From an uncultured virus (IMG/VR IMGVR_UViG_3300021084_000006) (lineage: Duplodnaviria > Heunggongvirae > Uroviricota > Caudoviricetes), in the IMG/VR virus record IMGVR_UViG_3300021084_000006, positions 1 to 64,000 of that record: a stretch of 64,000 bases of DNA; one strand, 5' to 3'. The notes beneath the pieces are model-generated. The model was not told where the DNA came from. It searched no databases and saw nothing but the letters and a program-made list of their open reading frames with translations. Made by a program: the position numbers and the translations under genes. This document shows, piece after piece, positions 18,660 through 30,600 of the stretch. Within the stretch, counting starts at the first letter, position 1. The number at the start of each line of letters is the position of its first letter.

Positions 18660-21600
18660 ATGGAGAACAATTTAGAAAGTAAAGGTTTAGATCAGGCTAT
18701 CAAAGCTAGTGAGGAAACAGGACCTCAGTTTGCTATTAATAAGGATATAGACTTTGTATCAGTTGATCAAGCGTATGAAGACCCAGAATATGATGCATAT
18801 ATTGATATGGCAGATACTGCTGCTATACAAAGGTTAGATCAGCAAAAAGATTTTATAGAAAAGTATGGTTCCGGTGTATATCAGAATATGGCTTTACCTA
18901 CACCATCTATGGCAAATGATACATATGATCCACAGATGCAAAGAAAGGCAAAAGTGCCTGGTGATACTATATCAAGAGATAACTCCGTAGAACAAACTAT
19001 TGATGAAGTTTTATATAATCAAGGAGTAAAATTAAATCAAAAACAAAAAGAAGGGAATTTAATTGCGTCTCCTCTTTACAGTGATAAAAGAGCAAATAGT
19101 TTTGACCGTTATTATCATCATCCAAAATTTGCTACATTAGGTTATAGTCCTTATGCAAATAATTCAGAATATTATAATGCAAATAGTACAGCTTGGGATG
19201 ATCTGTCTAGAACATGGACATCTGTAAAAGGATTATTTGGCATTGGTTTTACTTCTAGTTATGTAAGTGTTGGAGATGGTATGGATGGCAAATATGGAAA
19301 ATATGATTCAGGTAGTGCTGGTTCATATGAAGATTTTGTTGACATTGGTATGTCTGATAGAGGTGGAGCAACTCAATTTTTTAATAATTTACTAGTTAAT
19401 TCAGGTTATACTTTTGGTATAATAGGATCAATAGCATTAGAAGAACTTGCATTAGTAGGTTTAGAGGCAGCAACTTTTGGTGGTGCAACACCTTTGGTAG
19501 CTGCTAGAACAGCAACGAATGCTGCAAAATTAGCTAAAGCAGGTAAAAGAGTGGTAAACTCTTTTGGAGTAGGTAGAATGGCTACAGCAACAATGGATAT
19601 GTTAAAAGCCTTAAGGAATGCTGATATTGCTAAAGACTTTTATAGTGTAGGTAAATTTGTTGGAAAAGGAATAGCACCAGAAACTTATGCTGCAATTAAG
19701 GGTATAAGGACTGCAAAAAATACTGCAGGTAATCTTACCAACATGCGTAAAGCAGCAACAACCTTTGGAGGATTTTATAGAGATGTAAGATCTTTTAACT
19801 TGGCTATGGCAGAAAGCAAGCTTGAAGGTGGTATGCTTTATAATGAAAGGATGGATGAAGGCATGAGAGAAATGCAAGCAACCAACTTTGGTGGTCCAGT
19901 TACTGATTCACAAATGGCTAGGATACAGGAAAATGCTGCTAAAGCAGGTTTTGCATCTACTATGCAAAATTTACCTTTAATATTTGCCACTAATCAACTA
20001 GTTCTAGGTAATGCATTTGGTGGTTTTAATAAGTCATTTGCAAGAATGGCTAATCAAAACATAAAAGGTGGAGCTAGAAGAATTATTAAAACTTCAAAAA
20101 GTGTACTTAAAGATGGCACAAAAGCCTTAGATGTATTTGCTGATGCAGGTGCAGGATTAAAAGGTGTTGTTAAATCTATTGCTAACGCTGGTGTAAAGGG
20201 GAATCTTAGAACTGCAGCTGGTGCTAGTCTAAGATATTTTGCTGCTAATTTTGGTGAAGGTATTCAAGAATTAGGTCAAGAAGCAATTGCTACAGGAACA
20301 GGAGAATATTATAAAACATTATTAAAAGATCCGGGAGCAGGTGGATTAGAATTATATAATACAAGTTTAGCATCAGGAATTGGATCTCAATTTTCTGAGC
20401 AAGGGTTTGAAACCTTTATGTCTGGGTTCTTGATGGGTGGTGTTGTAGCAGGCCCACAAAAATTATTTTTTCAAGGAGTGCCTGCTATTTACAAAAGAAT
20501 TTCAGATCCTAAAGCATTTGCGGAGTACAAAGCAAATAAAGAAAAAGCTATTTCTTCATTGGTAGATACTTATAATGATACCTGGAACAAAATGGCAGAA
20601 GATCCAAATGCTGTTTTTGATCAAAAGAAGTTTAAATTTTTAGTTCAAAAGCAAGCTGCTGAAGGAATGTTAGAATCTGCATTTGAAAGTGATCAGTTTG
20701 GTTTTATAGATAGTAAAGATATTGCAAAGTTTAATCAAATTTATGATGTAATATCTAATGGTGGTGCAAGATTTTTTGAACAACAATTAAATGATTATGC
20801 AAACCTGGATGACGCTAGTTTAGCACAGGCATTTCCTACAGATAAACAACAAATAAAATCAGGTAAACTTAGAAAAAGATTTACTGACATGATTGATTCA
20901 ATTGGAGTCATGGAAGAAAACTTTAATAAGTTAAGTGATAAATATGAAAATCCTTTTGATGAAAGTAGATTTGAAAAAGGTACAAGAGAATTTCAAGAAG
21001 AAGCAATAAAAAGAATATCATTTGATCATGCACGTTATTTATACATGTTTACTAATGATGGATTTAATAGAGCTTTAGAAAGAGCAGATAGTATATTTCA
21101 GTCATTAGAATCAGATCCATTGTTTAAAGACATGGAGGCAAAAGATATTACTGTATTATTAGACAATGATTCAATTAATAATGAATTAAAACTTTTACTT
21201 CAAGAAGAGTTAATTTTAAAAGATGATAAAACTCAAAAAGGTAAAGTAAAAGAAATTAGAGAAAGAGCAAAAAGGTTAGGAGCTTTACAAGCAATCTTAA
21301 GTGACAAAAAAAATCTAAAAAAAGATGGATCATTTGATCAAAGAAAAATACTTAAACTTAAAACTGAATTTCACAACTATGTAAGATTCATGGCTAAAAA
21401 GTCAGGATCATTTGTGAATGAAGAGGTTGTAATGGACGCTCTTAAAAAAATTGTAGATCATAAAGCCCTTAAAGGTAGAGCAAGGGTATACTACAAGTCT
21501 ATTGAATACTTAAACAATCCTGAAAGATTTACAGAGATATATGAAAGAACAAATGAATTCTTAAAGAGTGCATTTAAAGATGTTCAAAGAAACTATAAAG

Positions 21601-24600
21601 AAGCAGTTGAAAAGTATATTGAAACAAAAGAACAAGTTCAACTTCTTAATGAAATAGCTAAACTTACTGATCACAAGGGTAACATGGTTATACCAGACCC
21701 TAATGAAGTTAAAAAATTCTCTATAACTAATAACCCATATGATCTTAAGACGTTCTATACAGAAGCAGGTACAGTTACAAAAAGGTTTAATGCAACTACA
21801 GTAACACAAATCAATGAAATACTGGGTGCCTATGCAAAAATAACTGAGCAGGATACAGTAGATCAAAAGACAGAAGAAGCACAAGCTGAAGAAACAAGGG
21901 CTGATGTTGAAGAGATACTCAGTGAAAATGGAGTAGAGATAGAACTACCTACTGGTGAATCCAAAGTATATACAGAAATACTAAGAAAAGGTTATAACAA
22001 ATATCTTGCTGATCAAGCAAACTTAAATAAAAATGCAGTAGACTTTAATGCTTGGATTAATACAGAAAATGGTAAAGCCTATAGACAATCATTTGCAGCA
22101 ATTAAAAAGATATGGATAGCAAATGATAAGTTAACAAACCCTAATAGATCTTTAACCCCAGAGCAGATTGAGAATGATGCAAACCTTATAAGTTGGTTAA
22201 CATCTCAAGAAGGAAAAACAAATGACTTGGTTGCTAAAATATTAGACAAGACTGGTTTAACCATCTCAGAAATAACAGGTATACAAGAACAAGCACCTAC
22301 AAAGAATAAACCATACAAGGGAAGAGCTAACACAGATGTTATTGAAAGCGGATCTTATGTAGCACTTGTACAAACTGAAACAGAAAACAAAAATGGTGAG
22401 AAAGAATTTCTTTATCAGTTGTTTGAAAATAGTACTGGTAGATTACTAGATGCTGAAATACTAAGTGCAAAAGGATTAGGTAATGTTAATGCTTTTTTAG
22501 TAAAGGGTCAAGCTATATCTGCTTATAAAAGACTAGAAAGTGATCAACCAAACTCAGCAGAGTTTCCATTTGATGGTGTTGAAGGTTTGTCATATGGTCA
22601 AAAGGTTTATAAAGATGGAATAGAATATACAATATTAAGTAATCCAAAAAAATTAGCTAATAAAGGAACACTTCTTTTAATACCATCTGATGCTCAATCA
22701 TTAACGTATGAGGAAAAGGTAGCACAAAAGGTATTTGTAAATGTAAAAAAAGGTGGGTTTAAAGATTTCTATACACTAGAAGAAATAGATTCAAAACGTT
22801 TACCTAATAGTGTTTCAAGATTAAACTTTAATGAACTTGTTACACCTTATGGTGCAAAGAATGAAGATGAAACTTCATGGAGTATAGCTAAGCAAAGATA
22901 TTTTGCTATAATTTCTGAATTATCTCAAGAAGACCTAAAAACTTTAGAACTTGTTGTTACACTAAATCCAGAGGCTGGTAAAAAAGGAGGGCAATATACT
23001 ATACCTGGTAAAGAAAGCAATGAATATATTACACGTACACAATCTAAATACCTTATTGGTATAAGAACAAACAGTGGTGTTGTACAAGATAAGATTGATG
23101 CATTGTTTGCTAAGAATGGTAGACTTGAAGGAGTAGATCCTTTTAAAAGTGATGCTAGAGTATTTGCTTTTTTACCTAATCAAAATTTTCAAATAGAGAT
23201 AGGTGGTAAAGTATTAACAGTTGATCAGCTTAACCCTAGTCAGTCAGCCAATATATTTGATGTATCTGATAATTTAAAAAATAAATTAACTGATGCACAA
23301 GTATTAGAAATAGTAAAGGAAAAATATGCAATAAATAATGCTCTCTTGGCAAAAATAGATGAGCAATTTGCAGAAAATTCAACAGATGGGAACACAGCAG
23401 TATTGTCTAAAGAACAATTACCTGAAGGATTTTCATTTAATTCTACACTTGGTAATGTTGTATATGATAAATCAGATAAAAAATTAACTGATTTAGAATA
23501 CAATGCAGCAGATGAAAATGGTAACTATTTGATTTATCAATTAGAAAAAAGTAAAACTGGAAGATCTAAAATAGTTATTACTAATCTAGAAGAAGATGCT
23601 AGAGAAGAACTAATTAATAAAGTAGAAACACAATTAGAAAAGCAAGGTTTACTAAGTGAGTTAAGCAAAGGAACAGATGCTTATAAAGCAGCTGTACTTT
23701 TACCTGATGGAACTTATAGACTTGTTCCTTTAAAGTCAGAGTCATTAGAAAATGAAGCAACTGATAAGCTGTTTGTTGATTTGATTACAAGAGCACAAAA
23801 AACACAAGAGGAAAATAAGAATGGAAAAGACCCTTCTTATAACAAAGAATGGAATGATAATCAAGGAGTGTGGATTAGTTCTTATCCAGGAATAACGGTA
23901 AAGCTTGAAGTAAATAAATATGGTAAAGTTCAATTGTCTATTGTTAAAGATGGTAAATGGACAAACTTAGAATTAACACGTGATGAGGTTAACGCAGCAG
24001 AAGATGTAGAAGTTAAGATCCAAAAATTAATTGATAGAGCTAATGAAACAACTGTTTTCAAAACAGCAGTTAGTAGTCCAGAGACAGGAAGTAAAATAGG
24101 TTTTACTTTATCTAGAAAAAACTTTAGAACATCTTATTCTAGAAGTGTAGGTGTTAATGAATTAATTGAGAAAACAACAACTCAAGCTAAAACTCAAGTT
24201 GTAGGTGTAAATACATTAGAAGTATTTGCTCCTTCAGGAACTACACAGAGTTCTTCTAATACAGAAACAACTACATCAGCTACGTTTACTCCAACCAGAG
24301 ATTATACAGATGCAGAGGGTAATCCAATACCTGCAGGCCCAGAGATGACAACTGCAAGTTCTAAAGAAAAAACTTTTACAGCAGAAGAATCTGAATATAG
24401 TATACTAGACTTAGAAGATAGTGAGTTTGATGCATATAAGGAAAATGACTTTAGAGATCTTCCTTCTTATATGATAGAGCATATTGTAAACAAAATCATA
24501 TCACCAGAGGGTGGAGTTGCGTTAAGAGAAAGAGAAAGACAAGTTTTTGAAAGTCCACGCAAGTCAGAAATAATGACTAGAATTGCTATACTAGGTGGTA

Positions 24601-27600
24601 CAGTTAAAGAAACAGAGATATCAGAAACACCTTTAAGTAAAATTGATAAAGAATTAACTGCTCTCAAAAAGAAATTACAAGAGGGTAAAAAAGGTGCAGC
24701 AAAAAGAAAAGCTTTAAAAGATAGTAAGGAATATCAAACATTACTAAAAAATAAAAAAGCAATAGAGTCTGCAGCTAATAAAGTAATGCCTGCATATACA
24801 GCGCAGGATTCAGAGAATGTAGATGTCTTTATGGCTTGGGCTGCAAACAACCTACCTGACTTCATTAGTATAGAGGACATAGGTGTATTAGGTAGCAACT
24901 TAAAAGCGGGTGGTGTAAGAGTTGGAGCTTTTGCTTTAAACTTACATGCATTAGCAGGAGGAATGAAAATTGGTGGAACAATATACACCGGTGCTAAATC
25001 TCCATTTAGATATCATGAAGCATTTCATGGTGTGTTTAGAATGTTGCTAAGTGATACAGAAATTAATAAGTACTTATCAATTGCAAGAAAAGAAGTAAGA
25101 AGCAAATTAAGAGCAGAAGGTAAAAACTTTTTACAAGAACTAGAAAGATTTAGAAATTCAGCAGACACATATACTAATATGAGTAAGGCTAGATTAGAAC
25201 AAGAATATTATGAAGAATATCTAGCAAATGAGTTTGAAGCATTTAAACAAAATCCAAAAAAGACTAAAACAGATTCCGGTGTCAAGTCTTTATTTACTAG
25301 GATTATGGAGTGGATTAAATCCGTATTTAATTCATACAATAAAAGTGAGTTGCTTACTTTATTTGAAAACATTGATGGTGGTAAATATCAGACAGCGTCA
25401 ATAGCTAACAATCAATTTATTAATACTCTTACTACAGGAGTTACAGTAGAAGCAAATGCATTAATACCTTATGATTCTATACAAGATGGAAAGAAGGTAG
25501 GTTTTTATTATTTAGATAGTGCTGTAGCTGATCCTATGATTAGAAGTATTGCTGCTATGTATTTACAAGCAGAACGTCAAGTTACAGAAACAGGTGTTAA
25601 AAGATCTGAAATATTTGATGCTGTCATAGATGATTTTTACAATCTATATGATCCAGAGAATGTAATAAACCTAGATAAAACAGATGCACAAAGAGAAGTA
25701 TTAGAAAATATAATTTTAGCATTAGATAATTATTTGGAGGTTATAAAACCACAAGTATATTCTGTATTAAATGTTATAGATAGTCAGATTACTGAAGAAG
25801 AATATAACACAGAGTACTTTGAAGACTCAGTAGGACTAAGAAGTATTGATCAGTGGAATACAGATGCATCATTAATTGGTGGATTAGAATCTACACCGAG
25901 ACATATACGTGCTTACTTGGCTACAACTACTAAAGAAGAAACAGATTTCTTTGGTAATAGAGAGTTAAAAGCTGGAGTACCTTTAATTATACCAGTAGAG
26001 TTTAATAAAGTATATAACGGTTTACTAAAAGCTGTTAAGAATATTGAAGATCCAAAAAAGATGTTGCGTACAATGTACTTCTTTGGACAAGATAATCTTG
26101 AAACAGGAGCAGTAGTGTCAAGATTATTGAATGATCTTGGTGTTAGTAAAGAAGCTTTGTTATCAAATAGCCCTTTACCTTTAGAATTAAAAAATCCTAG
26201 TTTGTTTCAAGCATTCACTAAAGCTTTTGAAAACTTTAGAGTAGAATATATATTTAGTCAAAGAGATTCAGCGGGTAATGTTATAATGTATTCTGCAGCT
26301 GAAAGAGATGATATAAATTCTCAAGTAGATGTTTGGTCACAAGCATGGAATGATGCAGAAAAGAAAATAAAAGTTGATTCTAGTAGAAAAGAAACTGTTG
26401 AAAAAACATTAGGTGCTTTTGGTAATTTATTATTGCCTTCATCAACACAGAAAACAGATAAGGAAATTAGTGAGTTGTCTCAAAAATACTCAGAGAAAAT
26501 ATTTGAACTTACAGGTATAAGACTAAGTAAGCAATACATTGCATTTAGTTTAACAGCAAACAGACCTCAAACCGAAGAGCAGGGAGCACTTCAGAGTGTG
26601 CATTCTAATGAAACACCTATTACTGAAGAGGCTATCCGTACAATGAATATATTGATTCAAAATGGTGAAGATATTTTTAATGAGGGTGAAGAAGGAATGT
26701 ATTCTAGATTAAGAACCCTAGCTATTAATAATGCACCTTTTGATGAAACAATTGGTTTATCTGTATTTAAAAATAGTGAGGGTAATTTAGTTTATGCTCA
26801 TCAAAAACCTACGTATCATTTAAAGCAAGTTGAAAAATTAAATACTGATGTTCAAGCTTTAGAAAAATTAAAACAAGAGAATCCTTATTTGAAAAATAAT
26901 TATCTTTTAAATAATGATGCGTTTATACAAATGTCTGCAGAGAACAGACAAAAAATATTAAGAATTGCTGGTACAGCTGTTGGTAATATAAATACTACTG
27001 AAGAAGAAATAAATGAAAGTATTTCTGGATTAAAGTCTAGATCCACTTATGGTAACTTCACACCACAAGAGTTTGCACTAAATTTACTGAACTCATATAC
27101 TTATGGTGTTAATACCAAATCTAATAAAGCTAATTTTGTAGAGTACTATGATACTAAGCTTGGTAAGAATGTTAAGGTTGCTTTAGCTCCTTCATTAATA
27201 AGGGTATTAGAATCTTCCAACACGGGGGATATGATGAACCTTCCTGTAATTAAAGCTGTTGAGTTTGTTAGTGGATCAACTGGTGCTGTAAAATTAACAG
27301 ATGAGGCTGTTGATACATATATAAGTTCAATTGAAACAGAGTATGACCGTATACTAAGAGAGTCAGCTCTAAGACGTGATAATCCTTTGCAAGTACAAAA
27401 GCTAGGTTATAATACTGAAGGAGGTAGAGCATACAAACTTCATAACTCTGCTTTATTTTTACCTCAAACAATAAGAATTGCACTAGAAGAAATAGCAACA
27501 CGTGATGATGCAAAAAGTTTGTCTGCTGCTTTATCTGAATTAGATATGACTATGGCTGATCTTAAGTCAAATGTAGTAGAAAGTTTAGAGCAACAATTTG

Positions 27601-30600
27601 AACTGTTTAAAGATGAGCTTAAAACATTAAACATAAATGAAGAAATAAGCAGTAAAGTTAGAGAAGGTTTGGTAAATAAAAATGTAAAAGCTACACCAGA
27701 TCTAATACAGTCAAATCAATTGCTAAATTTAAATTATGATCAAGAATATAATTTAAAACAAATCTTTTTTAATAACTGGATTAATACAAAATCAATCAAT
27801 GAGATATTATTAGGAGATCAAGCAGTTACTTTAAAGAATGGTGTAGATGCTATTAAAAGAGCAAAGGCACAGAATGCTTCAACAGTTAGTGCTTATAGTG
27901 CAATTACTGCTCCTGAATTAGGAATTAATCATCCTGTTGATAATATAAGTTTAGTTTCTTTAGAAGAACCAATTGGTGTATCATCTGTAACAGGTGACAA
28001 TATTGATATTGCTGATGCACAAATGTGGATGACTACAAAAGCATTTAGATATATGTTCTTTGGTTTTGGTAAATTAACACCAATGCAAGCCAAACTTATG
28101 GATAAAGTAGAGGCAGGAGAAACAATCTCATCTGAAGATATATTTGGTCAAGACGGTTATGTTAGTAATGGTGTAATGCTTAATTCTAAAAAACTTGTTT
28201 ATTTTGATGGTAGTACATTTATAAAGATGTCTGCTTTTATATTGACACCACAACTTACATCCAATAAAGTTGTAAATGCTAATGGTGAAGTTACATATAC
28301 TGCAAAAGAAAATAGAAAAGAATTACATGATCTAAGAGTAAAACTTGAAGGTATAGAAGCAATAAAAGACAAACAAACACTTGGTATTGCTGCGCCTTTG
28401 AGTGCTTTAAAAATGTTAAAGCAAAAAGTAAAAACATTAGAGGAAGTAAAAGCAGATGGTCAATTCAGTGAAAATGATTTTACATCATTATCAGCTAAAA
28501 ATATGGGTCTTCAATTAGAGGTACCTTCTAATAAACTTGAAACTGTTGAGCCTTCACAAATTAAAGCAATTATAACATCAGAACAAAAAGATGATGTATT
28601 TGTCAAAGAGCTTGGTTTAACTGTAGGTCAAATTAGAAAAGCGTACAATGAAGCAATTAGTGCTAGAGTTGAATTAAAGTTTAAGAATAAAAGAAATCTT
28701 ATTTTTACTTTTGACAGTGCTATGGAAGAGTTAAAAATCTCTATGGCTAAAGATAAGCTTACACCTAACTTAATGTCTTTTTTAAGATATGCAACAGAAG
28801 GTTTAAAGGCATCACAATCTAGCTCACAACTATTAGAGTTTTTCTCTACTGAAGAAGGAGAACAAAAATATGATTTGAATAACCCTATAACAATTAATAA
28901 GTTTGAGCAATTATTCTTAAGTTATTTAAGTAAAGGTGTTCTTGCTGAAAAACAACCGGGACATGCTTTAGCTTTGGTTTCTTCATACGGTATGAATATA
29001 TACAGAAGAGTTTATAGTGTAGATGAAAATGGTATTCCAGATAGATCAGAAGTTATTAGAGAAAAGTACTGGAACAAGATATCTAATAAACCAGAAGTTG
29101 TAGAATTTGACACACTTCTAGGCAGAAAGATTCCAAAAGAAGGTGTTGTAGTATTAGACCGTTTAAGATCTGGTGTTAAAGAATATGATAGCAAAGGTGT
29201 GTTTACAGGTCAAAGATATACTGAAATGCTAATGCCAGCACATTTTAAAAGCGTAATGGATTTAGTTGAGAATGGTAGCATGGCTAATATACCTGAAGTT
29301 ATATCTAAGATGTTTGCAATACGTATACCATCTCAAGATAATCATTCAACAATTAATATAAAGCATGTAGATTTCTTACCTGCCTTTTATGGTTCATCAG
29401 CAACATTTGCTCAAGAACTTGTTGAAATATCAGGAGCGGATTTTGATATTGATAAAGTATATGCTCAGATTAAAGAGTTTTATGTTAAAGATAAAAAGTT
29501 TATTGAATACGGTACTGCTAAAAATAACAATGATGCATATGATGACTATATTAATTACATAAATGAAAAGGTAAACAAACCAGGTACAATTTATTCTGAA
29601 GCTTATCAGTTATACAAAACAGATGAAGGATCAGCAAGAATACAAAACAGTGCAACAGAAGCTGAGGTTGGCGTTGCATCTGATGCGGGTGCTAGTGAGC
29701 AATCTATAAAAGCATTGCAAATGTTAGGATTACCTATTACTAAAGGACAATATGTAAACTATATAAAGAAAAATAAAACTGAACCTTATGAAGCACCATA
29801 TAACAATGAAGTATTAGATTATAAATATGCTTTAATGGGTAATACAGGTGTAACTGAATCAACTGAAGGTATACCAATATCTTATACAGCAGCAAACTTA
29901 GAGATTTTAGAATCTGAATTAGCAGCATTGGTACAACTTTCTGAAACCTTTGCACTACGTGATAGTGAAGACTCTGTGGATATTGATAATTTACTTGGTC
30001 AAATAAAAGCGTTTACAAGCAACAAAGGTGCTGCTATTGGTGCAATTGTATCTCCTAATGTTAACTTAAGTTTATTGACTGAGTATAAGATAAAACTAAA
30101 AGGTGATAACGGATTAAATTTTAATAATGTAACCTATGATAGTTTTGCAACATTAACTGAGAAACTTACCAAAACAAAAAATGGTCTTAGAAAGCAAGAT
30201 ATTATATCTTCTTTAATTACCATGGCTACAGATAATGCTAAAGAAAGATTAGTTGCAAAACTTGGTCTTAACAGAGCAGCATTATCATTGGTAGGTACAA
30301 TGACAGGTTTAGGTGTTCCAATTAGAACATCCTTACTCTTAGTCAACAATCCATTGATACGTGATATCTATAATGAAGCTTTAAATAAAAAAGATAAGTT
30401 AGATCCTGGAGTTAAGGCATTATCTAAAACTGCATTTGAAAATATTTTTAAAAGAATTGGGAATCTAAATGAAAAAGTAGTAGAGGTTGTAGTAACTGAT
30501 GAACTTTTATTAGAAGCTATTAATAGAACAGGTAAAGAAAGTATTGCTTCATTACAAGCAGATTTAGCTATACTAGATCAGTTTATATCTGCATTAAATA